Origin: Candidatus Kapaibacterium sp.
GTDB taxonomy: Bacteria > Bacteroidota > Ignavibacteria > Kapaibacteriales > UBA2268
Direction: 5' to 3'
DNA length: 64,000 nucleotides
Assembly: GCA_963665665.1 (NCBI GenBank)
Contig: OY762428.1
Location: 2,208,001 to 2,272,000, forward strand
The notes below the pieces were generated by a model. That model saw nothing but the letters and a program-made list of their open reading frames with translations, was not told the DNA's origin and did not search any database. Shown one piece after another: positions 8,153 to 17,815 of this stretch (the first letter of the stretch is position 1; every line of letters starts with the position of its first letter). The translations under genes were made by a program, and so were the position numbers.

Positions 8153-9803
8153 GTTTCCATAAAGAATTGTTCCCGGAACCAATGTACTTAATCGTTTCGT
8201 CCTTTGTATGCATCTCATAAAGTATGTTTTTAATCTTACTCCGTTTTTGATTTTCAGTTAGAATATCAGGTAGTTTTTCAAACAGTAATTCTTCAAAATC
8301 TTTTCGTGAAGCTTCAATAAAACTCTCTAAATAATTTAAGATCAATTGTTTATAATAATCTTTATCGAGCCCCTTCTGCTTTATATAATTAACTTCCTGC
8401 CCCGTTGTTAATGCTACTTTCTTAGATATGTAAAAATTAGGTTTCCTGCCCTCGATTAATTTTTTTGATTTTAGCGCTTTAATTTCAAAATCAATTAATT
8501 TCCGGCCTTTTTGAACTTTATCAAGCATTATTATTTCAAATAAGGATAGATCATGATTCTCCGATAAAGTTCTTGCATAATCAAAGTCTAATACTTTTCC
8601 GAGAATTTCAACCGAAACCCTTGATTCTTCAATTCTATAATCGGGAAGTGGAAACATTTTTTCACGTTGCAGATTGAACATTCTTTTAATCCCGCTGCCA
8701 ATGGTATCGATCATTTTCAGGTTTACCATAGCATTAGCAAGAAAAGGATTTCTATAATACTCAGTCGGAGCATCAGAATTAATTACATTTTCAATTGTTC
8801 CGGGAATAAAACTACCAAGATTAGTGAAAAGCAATCTGCCATCTTCAAACTCAACTACATTGATCTTTCCGCATAATTGATAATCCTGGTGGGCGATGCA
8901 ATTGTTTAAAGATTCCCTGATTATATAAGGGTCATATTGATCCGTTTCATCCGGAAATATTGTACCGTCTTTAATATATCTGTATTTTAAATTTCTGATC
9001 TTCGAAAAAACAGCGTCAGATGCCAGTAAAAAAGGGCAGGAAAAATGTTCGTAATCTTTCTCAATATTTTTAGAATCCTTTAAAATCCAACTGATTTTAG
9101 CAACGGCAGGCGATATAAAATGTTCTGATTCCGGTTTCCCGAGCAACAGAATGGCTGCTCTTGTAATTTTAATGCTCTTTGTTAGTTTTGCTTTGTTTAA
9201 AAATGTAGAATCATCCCAGTTGGAAATTTCTGCTTCAAGATGCTTGTGCTTGTCAGTATAGTTTTGCCGGGCTTTCAGAATAGCAACAGGGTCAAGATCA
9301 TCTATAGTGGCATCCGGGCATATTTCCGCGCTCCAGTCAAACATAATAACCTGCGATCTTATCTGTTCCAATTTGCTGATATTTAATGCTACCAGCGATT
9401 CATGCTCACGGGCATAATAATGGCCTTTGAAAGCAATGGGAAGGCCTTTCGGAGCAGGTGGTATTTGAAAAGCTACGATTCTTTTACCTTTATACTGAAC
9501 TTCGTGAACATCAATAAAAGAATGATTATTTGTTGTCTGTTGTGAAATATCATGCTTTATAGTCTGAAGAGTTCCTTGCCTGTAATTTGTTCCCCTGACT
9601 TCCTTCGTTTTGTCCTCTATACCGAATAGTATCCAGGCGCAATCCTTGTTTTTAAGATTTGCTTCATTGCTCAGCGCAGAGAAGTATTTTCCCAGATCAT
9701 CATTTGAAAACCTGTTTTCTGCTTTTTTAAATTCAACAACTTCATTCTCGTCCGGCAGGGCTAATAGATCTTCTATTATGGATAAAAGGTTCATTTCTTT
9801 CAT
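8139..9803 (-). CDS. AlbA_2/Schlafen-like domain + HATPase_c_4 (RecG C-like) + winged-HTH protein
   Basis: N-terminal ENEVVEFK...SALSNEA; RESLNNCIAHQDY; YRNPFLANAMVNLKMIDTIGSGI; C-terminal wHTH-like region. Confidence 0.88.
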   Translation of the reverse strand: MKEMNLLSIIEDLLALPDENEVVEFKKAENRFSNDDLGKYFSALSNEANLKNKDCAWILFGIEDKTKEVRGTNYRQGTLQTIKHDISQQTTNNHSFIDVHEVQYKGKRIVAFQIPPAPKGLPIAFKGHYYAREHESLVALNISKLEQIRSQVIMFDWSAEICPDATIDDLDPVAILKARQNYTDKHKHLEAEISNWDDSTFLNKAKLTKSIKITRAAILLLGKPESEHFISPAVAKISWILKDSKNIEKDYEHFSCPFLLASDAVFSKIRNLKYRYIKDGTIFPDETDQYDPYIIRESLNNCIAHQDYQLCGKINVVEFEDGRLLFTNLGSFIPGTIENVINSDAPTEYYRNPFLANAMVNLKMIDTIGSGIKRMFNLQREKMFPLPDYRIEESRVSVEILGKVLDFDYARTLSENHDLSLFEIIMLDKVQKGRKLIDFEIKALKSKKLIEGRKPNFYISKKVALTTGQEVNYIKQKGLDKDYYKQLILNYLESFIEASRKDFEELLFEKLPDILTENQKRSKIKNILYEMHTKDETIKYIGSGNNSLWKLRRN

Positions 9804-10126
9804 TACTAATGATTTATAATTTGTTAAGGCAAAAATAATAAAGGCCTACAATATAGCAAAATATCTTTACCTGAAATGCTATCAGGAATCATGTTTTCCT
9901 GTCCTTTTTGATGATATTACTCATCCGATGTAACATATATAATAACAATATTTCCAGGGTTTTGTTCCACATTTTATCGCTGATTGTGGTAAGATTGTAA
10001 TATAGTTTGTAGCAATATTAAGGATTTTTTGCCGAAACAAATAAATTTATTTATAAACCCTGAAAAAGTCGTATTTTTGTAATCTATAAACAGTTATTAT
10101 TTAGAAATGGTATAAAAGGCCGGGAT

Positions 10127-11944
10127 ATGAGAAAGGATAATTTTAGGAACATCGCGATCATCGCACACGTTGACCATGGAAAGACGACATTAGTGGACGG
10201 AATGCTCAGGCAAAGCGGTACTTTCAGTGACCACCAGGAAGTAGCCGAAAGAGTTATGGACTCCATGGATCTGGAAAGAGAACGCGGCATTACCATCATG
10301 GCAAAGAATACTGCCATTTACTACGAGGGAATAAAGATCAATATCGTTGATACTCCCGGCCACGCTGACTTCGGCGGCGAAGTGGAAAGGAGCCTGAACC
10401 TTGTGGACGGGGTTATACTGCTGGTGGATGCCAGCGAAGGGCCTCTTCCCCAAACACGCTTCGTAGTGAAAAAAGCTCTTGCAAAAAAACTACCCGTAAT
10501 TCTTGTAATAAATAAAATCGACCGTGCTGACCGCCGGATAGAAGAAGTGGTAAGCGAAGTTTACGACCTCTTTATCGACCTTGACGCCACAGACGAACAA
10601 ATTGAATTTCCGATCTTATATACTAACGCCAAGGAAGCGGTTGCACATTACGAAGTTGAGGACGAATCAACAGACCTGAGGCCGCTTTTTGATTCAATTA
10701 TCAAAGTGTTCCCGGGCCCGGAAGCCAATGATGAAGCTAAACCACAGCTTTTGGTAACAAACCTTGACTACGATTCTTATGTCGGGCAGATTGCAATAGG
10801 CAGGCTGGAACACGGCAGCCTGGAGATCAGCAAGCAGTATTCCCTTTGCGGCAAAGAGGAAATTAAAAGCGGGATTAAATTTTCGGCGCTTTACACATTT
10901 TCAGGTTTGGCAAAAAAACAGGTTGAGAAAGTGGAATCAGGTGATATTATTGCTGTGGCAGGTATCGACAACGTGAAAATCGGCGATACGATTTCTTCGC
11001 TTGAAGATCCCGAGCCGCTCCCGAGAATAAAGATTGACGACCCTACCGTTTCAATGATATTCTACGTGAATAACGGGCCCTTTGCAGGCACCGAAGGCAA
11101 ATTCCTAACCACACGCCACCTGAAAGCAAGGCTGGAAAAAGAGATGCTCAGGAATGTTTCGCTTAAAGTAAAGCCGATAGCCGACCGCTCGGATGCTTAT
11201 GAAGTAAGCGGACGTGGTGAGCTTCAGATGGCTGTACTTATTGAAACAATGAGGCGCGAGGGATTTGAATTCATGGTTTCCAAACCACAGGTTATTCTGA
11301 AAGAAATTGACGGCAAAAACTGCGAACCTTATGAGCATGTATATATTGATGTTCCGAATGATTATTCGGGTATAGTTACAGAGAAACTCTCCTCCCGCAA
11401 AGGCCAGATGGTTAATATGATGAGCACTGGCAGCGGCAGGGTAAATATCGAATTCGTAATACCTTCCAGGGGCCTGATTGGCTTCCGCAGCCAGTTCCTG
11501 ACCGATACGAAAGGTACGGGCGTTATGAATACGCTTATCGAAGGTTACGAGGAATGGGCCGGTAAAATTCCCCAGAGAAATACCGGCGCTTTGGTTGCCG
11601 ACAGGCAGGGCCGCGTTACAGGTTACGCTTCGTATGCCATGGAGGATCGCGGCGAACTATTCGTTGAAGTGGGAACAAATGTTTACATGGGCATGGTTAT
11701 TGGCGAAAGAAACAAAGTAGCCGACCTGAATGTGAATATTACCAAGGAAAAGAAACTTACCAACATGCGCGCCAGCGGTTCCGACGCAACAGTTACGCTA
11801 AGGCCTCCGCGCATCATGTCGCTGGACCAGGCAATAGAGTTCATCGCCGAGGACGAGCTTGTAGAAGTTACACCGGCCTCCATCAGGCTTAGAAAAATGG
11901 ATCTTGATCCGCATATAAGGAAAGCAAAATCAAAAATTGACTAA
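10127..11944 (+). CDS. typA: Translational GTPase TypA/BipA
   Basis: AHVDHGKTTLVD, RERGITI, DTPGHADFGGEVER, NKID, KKLTNMRASGSD, ELVEVTP. Confidence 0.98.
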   Translation: MRKDNFRNIAIIAHVDHGKTTLVDGMLRQSGTFSDHQEVAERVMDSMDLERERGITIMAKNTAIYYEGIKINIVDTPGHADFGGEVERSLNLVDGVILLVDASEGPLPQTRFVVKKALAKKLPVILVINKIDRADRRIEEVVSEVYDLFIDLDATDEQIEFPILYTNAKEAVAHYEVEDESTDLRPLFDSIIKVFPGPEANDEAKPQLLVTNLDYDSYVGQIAIGRLEHGSLEISKQYSLCGKEEIKSGIKFSALYTFSGLAKKQVEKVESGDIIAVAGIDNVKIGDTISSLEDPEPLPRIKIDDPTVSMIFYVNNGPFAGTEGKFLTTRHLKARLEKEMLRNVSLKVKPIADRSDAYEVSGRGELQMAVLIETMRREGFEFMVSKPQVILKEIDGKNCEPYEHVYIDVPNDYSGIVTEKLSSRKGQMVNMMSTGSGRVNIEFVIPSRGLIGFRSQFLTDTKGTGVMNTLIEGYEEWAGKIPQRNTGALVADRQGRVTGYASYAMEDRGELFVEVGTNVYMGMVIGERNKVADLNVNITKEKKLTNMRASGSDATVTLRPPRIMSLDQAIEFIAEDELVEVTPASIRLRKMDLDPHIRKAKSKID

Positions 11945-11955
11945 GATTAAAAAAA

Positions 11956-11987
11956 GAAAAACCCCGGATAGATATTCGGGGTTTTTC
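11956..11987. terminator. Bidirectional intrinsic terminator
   Basis: gaaaaaccccg...cggggtttttc between convergent genes. Confidence 0.8.
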
Positions 11988-12013
11988 GTGATATGTATAT
12001 TTTTTACAAATAA

Positions 12014-13297
12014 TCAGTGAGAGTCCATACCCAAATTCAGACTTTCCATTGAAAACATTCCAAGCCTTTCCATATTATGGTAGCACCCCAGGTTTTGTTT
12101 GGCCCAGGCGTTTAGCTTTTCTTTGTCAAAAACAAATATAGCTCCAATTTCATCTTTACTATGCTTGCCAAGCTGTTCTTTTGCTTCCTGAAGGTTCAGG
12201 TTTTCTTTACTATTCATAATATGAGAATTAACCAGGTTAAGAGTTTCTTTACTGAGCACTGAGTTTAAACTTTCGTGGCTATATACATTTAAATCTTCTT
12301 TCCCAGTATACCACAACCCAATAGAATTTTCTTTTGCATATCCCTTCAATTTCTCATCACTCATAAAAGTATTTAACTGCTCATTATTAAAATAAACAGC
12401 ACCAAGCTGTTCCTTTGAAAGAACCCCGAGCCTTTCTTTATCAGGGGTAAAATTGAGATCATCTTTAGCATTCACAGGAGCAAAATTAAGTTCCTCGCGA
12501 CTAAAAACAACAGCGTTTAAGCCATCTTTTGCATAAACAAGAGCAATTTTTTCCTTACCACAGGCAACACCGATATTGTCTGTTATTTCAAAACCCTTAT
12601 ATATATCAGCAACATTTTCAGTGCTATAGATATCTTTTTCAGCGGCATAATCTACTTTATCTTTATCGCCCATGGCAATTGCATATTGAATTGTATTTAT
12701 CAGAATATGATCACGCAGTTTCTTCAGTGATTCAATTTTAGCAGGATTGGATATTTCTTTTGTTGCAATCTTCTTGTCGATATCATTTACAATTTCTTTA
12801 ATAACTTCCGTGCGCCTATGAATCCTGATAATGGAAGCGCTGACGTCTGCAAGATATTTTTCGGCATCAATTGACTGGTCAATGTTCCCCCTTTTTATAT
12901 CATCAACAATATCAATTGCCTCGGAAATATCAATCCTGCCATTTTTTATCGATTCTGTAACAGAGTTCAGCTTTGTTGCTATCGTCCCGTGTAAATCTTC
13001 GTCAATTGCTTTGACTTCCTGCAACCAGCCGTTTGATATAATATCGCTGGTCTGAGCCATAACAATAGATATTTTTATTAATTCAGCAATAATTCGATTA
13101 ATATTTTCTTTATCATTCAGGATTCCGCTACGCAGTTTAATATCACTTGCGCTTATTTCGTCCCCCCTGAATTTCTCGGCTTTGCCTATTGTTCCGCTAC
13201 TTTCCTTCTCATCAACAGGCGGAAAATCCGAACTAAGAATATATATTGCACCTGCAATAATAATCAGTACAAAAACGCTTATTAGTCCTTTCTTCAT
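12014..13297 (-). CDS. Hypothetical membrane-anchored/exported protein with a C-terminal array of about 19 xKExL[NG] motifs
   Basis: Long ORF; GAGGT RBS before MKKGLISVFVLIIIAG (signal/TM); repeats visible in the last 180 aa or so. Confidence 0.8.
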   Translation of the reverse strand: MKKGLISVFVLIIIAGAIYILSSDFPPVDEKESSGTIGKAEKFRGDEISASDIKLRSGILNDKENINRIIAELIKISIVMAQTSDIISNGWLQEVKAIDEDLHGTIATKLNSVTESIKNGRIDISEAIDIVDDIKRGNIDQSIDAEKYLADVSASIIRIHRRTEVIKEIVNDIDKKIATKEISNPAKIESLKKLRDHILINTIQYAIAMGDKDKVDYAAEKDIYSTENVADIYKGFEITDNIGVACGKEKIALVYAKDGLNAVVFSREELNFAPVNAKDDLNFTPDKERLGVLSKEQLGAVYFNNEQLNTFMSDEKLKGYAKENSIGLWYTGKEDLNVYSHESLNSVLSKETLNLVNSHIMNSKENLNLQEAKEQLGKHSKDEIGAIFVFDKEKLNAWAKQNLGCYHNMERLGMFSMESLNLGMDSH

Positions 13298-13424
13298 CCG
13301 GCACCTCAAAATTTGTAATCAATTACCTGAATAAGATATAAATTTTTAATTTATATTCAAAAGCATAATGTAACATTTATTAGAAAAGCCTGTTAATTTT
13401 TAGAAATAACATGCAGGTGTGGCA

Positions 13425-14327
13425 ATGAAAAGTATCTTATTAATTATTTCAATATTAGTAGCTAATCTTAGCGGATTAAATATTGAATCCGTATCGGTCC
13501 GATCCCTGATAGAAAATTACGATAATTACGGGTATGATGAAATTTCTCATAAAGCATCTTTGCACTACCTTTATCTAATTGACAGCAATGCTGCAAACCA
13601 CATTGCCAGGCGTGAAACATACGAAAGCAGGATTAGCAAATCCTACCATGACATGACTGATTATCTCGGACATTTCAGAACTATTGTCTCTGCACAGAAA
13701 GCCGCTGAATTTTTTGGATATCATTCCCGCTTCTGCCGTAAAGATTTTCGCACTTTCCAAATTGATGATGAGTTCGTTCATATTCTTATTTTTCAGCAGC
13801 CAGAAGGGATTTTAAATATACTGGATAATGAAATTTCAATCTGGTCTGATCTTGCCGACAGTATTAAAAGAAATCCACCCGGATTTTTTAACCGAATCGG
13901 CCTGTTCTTCAGCGGGGGGTATGATGAGGAGGAATATATCAATCGCTGTAAGTACAATGCATACCTTTGCCAATATGTTTACTCAAAAATTATTCCTGAT
14001 ACTTTGCCATTAGCAGGAGAAGAATTTTTAAAAGGTTTTATTCCCTATGATTTTAACCCGAAAAACCAGGCACAAAATCTTTTTGCCTTTTCAGAAGATA
14101 CAGTTAAAACAGCAAGGCCTTACGATAATATAAAGTCATATCTTGATAACATGATTAACAGGATCAAATCAAATAGTAAAGTTATAGGTAAAATCAATTT
14201 TGTTTATAATGAAAGGAAAGCCTTATATACGATAAGCGGTGGCCCATCCGGTTGGAATATCTATTATTATGAATTATTGGATAGTGTTACGATTAGAAAA
14301 AGGCTGATTTCCAGCCCCGTAATGTAA
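13425..14327 (+). CDS. Hypothetical exported protein
   Basis: 300-aa ORF with signal-like N-terminus MKSILLIISILVA; hairpin downstream. Confidence 0.7.
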   Translation: MKSILLIISILVANLSGLNIESVSVRSLIENYDNYGYDEISHKASLHYLYLIDSNAANHIARRETYESRISKSYHDMTDYLGHFRTIVSAQKAAEFFGYHSRFCRKDFRTFQIDDEFVHILIFQQPEGILNILDNEISIWSDLADSIKRNPPGFFNRIGLFFSGGYDEEEYINRCKYNAYLCQYVYSKIIPDTLPLAGEEFLKGFIPYDFNPKNQAQNLFAFSEDTVKTARPYDNIKSYLDNMINRIKSNSKVIGKINFVYNERKALYTISGGPSGWNIYYYELLDSVTIRKRLISSPVM

Positions 14328-14353
14328 GAAACCGATTCGGTTGCCGGTTTCTT
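14326..14353 (+). terminator. Intrinsic terminator
   Basis: aagaaaccg-N10-cggtttctt followed by T-rich sequence. Confidence 0.6.
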
Positions 14354-14508
14354 TTATTCTATGCGCGTTATCAAATAATTCATGCCCGGTTCTATGATAT
14401 TTGTGCACATCTGTTTGCCTGATTTCCGACAATTATGCTTTCCGTTTTGAGATAGAGTGATAATTAGTTATTTTTATTAATTAATGTATTCGTCAAAAAT
14501 GGCAGATT

Positions 14509-16629
14509 ATGAGCGATATTTATAAAAACCCTGAAGCACAAAGAAATATCAGTATTTTCAAGGACAGCCTGGCTTCTTTGAAAAAAGGCAGAGGAGCTAT
14601 TATTTGTATCAGCGGTGAAACCGGTTTTGGAAAAACCCACCTGCTGAATACCTATTCTATCGAATGCCAGGCAAGGGGCGAACAGCTTCAGTCTGCGATG
14701 GTAGAAACATCTGCTCCTATTGGTAATTTTAATGTAGGAACGATTCAGCCTTTGCAGCCTTTTACCAGGGCAATCGAATATCTTATGGCAGATGAAGCCT
14801 CGGCAAAGAAAAACCTGGCACGCAACCTGGTTATGACCGGCCTGTCAGTTATTCCTGTTGCCGGAGACCTTTTCTGGGCCATAAAAGAAGCAGGTAAGGA
14901 CTGGAGAGAATTCAAAAAAGAAAAATCATCCGAATCAACAAAAAAAGTAAGTTCTGCTACTGCCGATATATATGATACATTGATGGCAATATCAGACAAA
15001 GTGCCCCTGATATTGCTTATGGACGATATGCATTGGGCTGATGCCCAATCGGTTGAATTAATGAATATGCTCGCCGATAACATTAGCAAAATACCCGTTG
15101 TTATTGCTTTTACCTGCCGTATGGATGTTCTGCATGCCCAGGGCACACCACTATTGTCATTTATTGAAAGAAGAGTGAATAAAGATAACAACATATACCG
15201 GGTTGAACTTAATCCGTTTGACAAAAAACAAATAAGTTCTACATGCGGTTTCTTTCTGCCAAATTATAAACCCAACCATGATTTTGAGGAGTGGATTTAC
15301 GAGCATTCCTACGGAGTACCGGGTGTTGTTATGGAATATCTTCACTATTTTATGGAAAATCCTCCTTTTGATGATTCCGGGCAACTACAATCAAATTTCG
15401 GGCAGGGAGATTTTCTTCCTGCAACGGTGCAGTCAACATTTTCTCAGTTACTTGGCAAACTTAATGACGAAGAAAGAAATATTCTGGCCACTTGTGCAGC
15501 GGAAGGAAGAGAGTTTTCTGCAATTATTATTTCCGAACTTATTAATTCTGATATTTTATCTACTATAAAAAAACTAAGGTCTCTCCAGAATAAAACCGGG
15601 ATTATTAAAAGTAAAGGAGCCAGGCACAAATACGGTGTAAAAACGACGGTATATAAGTTTACTCAGGCTTTTTACCATACTTTTTTCGAACGAAACCTGG
15701 AATATGAGGAACATGTTGCACTACACGGACAGATTGCCGCTACTCTCAGGAAAAGATATGATGATGCGGAAAATGAAGCTGTCAGGGAGCAGATAGCACC
15801 ATACCTTGCAGCACACAGCGCGGAATCAGGAGATGAAGATATGGCCAAAGACATGCTTATGGAAACAGCGCGGCATGCGAAGAAATACGGGAGCGCTGAA
15901 ATTATTAAAGATGCTTATGATAATTATGTCAGTTTCGGCAATACTGTTCTGGCAGCTCCTGATGATACAAACAGCGAAGCCGAGCCGGATATAGATTTTG
16001 ATGCCGTAACATTCAGGGAAATGGTGAAAACGGCCCATGCTGAATCTGATAGCGAGTATAAAGCAAGCGATGAAAATTCCAAAACTGAATCCTCTGCTAA
16101 TTCCAATGGTGGTATTAGTGAATTTGCCACAATGGAATTTAATTCAATCAGAAAAGCAGTAATTAAAAAATTTCTGGAAAGGGATTTTATCTCGGCAACC
16201 GACCTTGCTCAATCATATATGGATGATGAAGAGGTAACACTTGACGACGCTGAAAAGGCCCAGCTTTTAGCTATAATAGCCCGCTGTAAAATTGAAACAA
16301 ATGATTTTGACTCTGCCGAAAATTATTGCCGGGAAGCTCAGAAAGCGGCTGATAACAGCAACAACGAACTTGCAGAATGTATTGCAATAAATACATTTGC
16401 TTTGCTCAGGTTCTCTCAGGAACGTTATAATGATGCAATTATTTACCTGCAGGATATTGCCAAAAAAGCATTGAAAATGCCTGTTGAACTAAGGCTGCTG
16501 ACAATTAGTAATATATACCGCATCATGGATAAAAAGACTCCGGAAAAAGCAAGGCAATTCCGTGAATCTGCTGCTAAATTAAGCTCCGAGCTAAAGTATC
16601 GTGATTTCCAGGAAGAGGCATTGAACTAA
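14509..16629 (+). CDS. STAND-type (AAA_16) ATPase with C-terminal TPR-like helices
   Basis: Walker A GETGFGKT, Walker B LLMDDMHWAD, GVP (GxP) motif, YKFTQ...LAAH, TPR-like C-terminus. Confidence 0.85.
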   Translation: MSDIYKNPEAQRNISIFKDSLASLKKGRGAIICISGETGFGKTHLLNTYSIECQARGEQLQSAMVETSAPIGNFNVGTIQPLQPFTRAIEYLMADEASAKKNLARNLVMTGLSVIPVAGDLFWAIKEAGKDWREFKKEKSSESTKKVSSATADIYDTLMAISDKVPLILLMDDMHWADAQSVELMNMLADNISKIPVVIAFTCRMDVLHAQGTPLLSFIERRVNKDNNIYRVELNPFDKKQISSTCGFFLPNYKPNHDFEEWIYEHSYGVPGVVMEYLHYFMENPPFDDSGQLQSNFGQGDFLPATVQSTFSQLLGKLNDEERNILATCAAEGREFSAIIISELINSDILSTIKKLRSLQNKTGIIKSKGARHKYGVKTTVYKFTQAFYHTFFERNLEYEEHVALHGQIAATLRKRYDDAENEAVREQIAPYLAAHSAESGDEDMAKDMLMETARHAKKYGSAEIIKDAYDNYVSFGNTVLAAPDDTNSEAEPDIDFDAVTFREMVKTAHAESDSEYKASDENSKTESSANSNGGISEFATMEFNSIRKAVIKKFLERDFISATDLAQSYMDDEEVTLDDAEKAQLLAIIARCKIETNDFDSAENYCREAQKAADNSNNELAECIAINTFALLRFSQERYNDAIIYLQDIAKKALKMPVELRLLTISNIYRIMDKKTPEKARQFRESAAKLSSELKYRDFQEEALN

Positions 16630-16660
16630 AAAAAACTGTATGCGCCGCACACAGTTTTTT
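16630..16660. terminator. Bidirectional intrinsic terminator
   Basis: aaaaaactgtatgcgccgcacacagtttttt between convergent genes. Confidence 0.7.
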
Positions 16661-16686
16661 ATACAAATCAATTATTTCTAAATTTA

Positions 16687-16914
16687 TCAGGCTTTTACAT
16701 CAAGATAGCCGCGTTCTATCTGGTTTTTGGCTGTTTCCTGAATCTGCTGCTGCGGCTGCACCGAGCCAAGCACCTGCAGAACCTGTTTCTGAGAGCTTTC
16801 ACTGTCGCCGTTCATTGGTTGTTGTACAACTTCCTTCTCTACCTCGTTCTGAACAGTAACCGGAGGTTTCTCAGGTGTTTCTGCCTTTTGGGTCTGAACA
16901 TTATCGATTGTCAT
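16687..16914 (-). CDS. Small Gln-rich protein, YjfB/putative motility protein-like C-terminus
   Basis: GGAGG RBS before the ATG at 16914; ends ...IERGYLDVKA; consensus sigma28 promoter upstream. Confidence 0.7.
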   Translation of the reverse strand: MTIDNVQTQKAETPEKPPVTVQNEVEKEVVQQPMNGDSESSQKQVLQVLGSVQPQQQIQETAKNQIERGYLDVKA

Positions 16915-16954
16915 ATTAACCTCCATAATAAATGATATAATATCCTATTTTCAA

Positions 16955-16981
16955 TTATCGGCACTAATATAATAAACTTTA
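16955..16981 (-). promoter_or_regulatory. sigma28 (FliA/SigD) promoter
   Basis: Minus strand TAAAGTTT-N11-GCCGATAA (TAAA-N15-GCCGATAA), an exact consensus match, 40 nt upstream of the ATG. Confidence 0.85.
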
Positions 16982-17032
16982 GCCAGAAATATTAATTTTT
17001 TTTATAAAACGGGCAGAAATGCAAAATATTTT

Positions 17033-17752
17033 CTATTTATTATGTAAACGCTTGATTTTTAATAATTCAAGAAACATTTTTAACGAATCAGTAACAGGAT
17101 TTACTTTCGAGCGTTCATCATTGTACCATTCAACTGATACTTCCTTGGCTTTAAGGCCGGCTTTGTTTGCCAGGTAAAGTATCTCTACATCAAATCCAAA
17201 TCCGTCAATTTTTGCCTGTCTGAATACAGTTTCCGAAGCTTCTTTTGTGAAGGCCTTGAACCCGCACTGTGTGTCCTTAATACCTTTTATAACCAGAGCC
17301 TGAACAATTTTATTAAAAGTTTTTCCCATAAACTCCCTGTAAAAGGGCTGATGTTCTTTTATTGAGGAATAATCAAGAGCCCTGCTGCCAATAAATATAT
17401 CATAGCCTTCATTAATTATCGGTATAACTTTATTCAGCTCGTGAATCGGAGTTGACAGGTCAGCATCAGAAAACACTCTAAGTTCGCCTTTGGCTGCCAG
17501 CATTCCCGCCCTGACAGCAGCGCCTTTACCCATATTGCCGGGTTGTGAAATCAGGTGAATATTATTTCCGTACTTGTTAACAATATCAGACGTTCCGTCT
17601 GACGAACCATCATCGACTACAATTATTTCGAAAGTATAATCAAACCCTGCCAGAAATTTCAATATCTTATCAAGTGAATCGCCTATACGCTTTTCCTCGT
17701 TATAAGCAGGAATAATTATTGAAAGGTATGGATTATTTTGTGGCATAGACAA
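17033..17752 (-). CDS. GT2 polyprenyl/dolichyl-phosphate glycosyltransferase (ALG5/DPG-synthase-like)
   Basis: IIIPAYNEEKRI, VDDGSSDGT, GKGAAVRAG, DADLSTP, DTQCGFK, FDVEIL. Confidence 0.92.
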   Translation of the reverse strand: MSMPQNNPYLSIIIPAYNEEKRIGDSLDKILKFLAGFDYTFEIIVVDDGSSDGTSDIVNKYGNNIHLISQPGNMGKGAAVRAGMLAAKGELRVFSDADLSTPIHELNKVIPIINEGYDIFIGSRALDYSSIKEHQPFYREFMGKTFNKIVQALVIKGIKDTQCGFKAFTKEASETVFRQAKIDGFGFDVEILYLANKAGLKAKEVSVEWYNDERSKVNPVTDSLKMFLELLKIKRLHNK

Positions 17753-17771
17753 ATGTAATTGTTATAATAAA

Positions 17772-17798
17772 CGGGGCAGCCCACAAGGGCGGCCCCGC
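17772..17798 (-). terminator. GC-rich hairpin between DUF2723 and GT2 genes (terminator/attenuator or REP-like)
   Basis: cggggcagccc-acaa-gggcggccccg. Confidence 0.5.
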
Positions 17799-17815
17799 AA
17801 CTAAATTGACATATT

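Noticed and set aside
10011-10040. Possible sigma28 promoter upstream of typA (gccgaaac)
   Set aside because: The -10 element is imperfect and there is no TAAA at 15-nt spacing.
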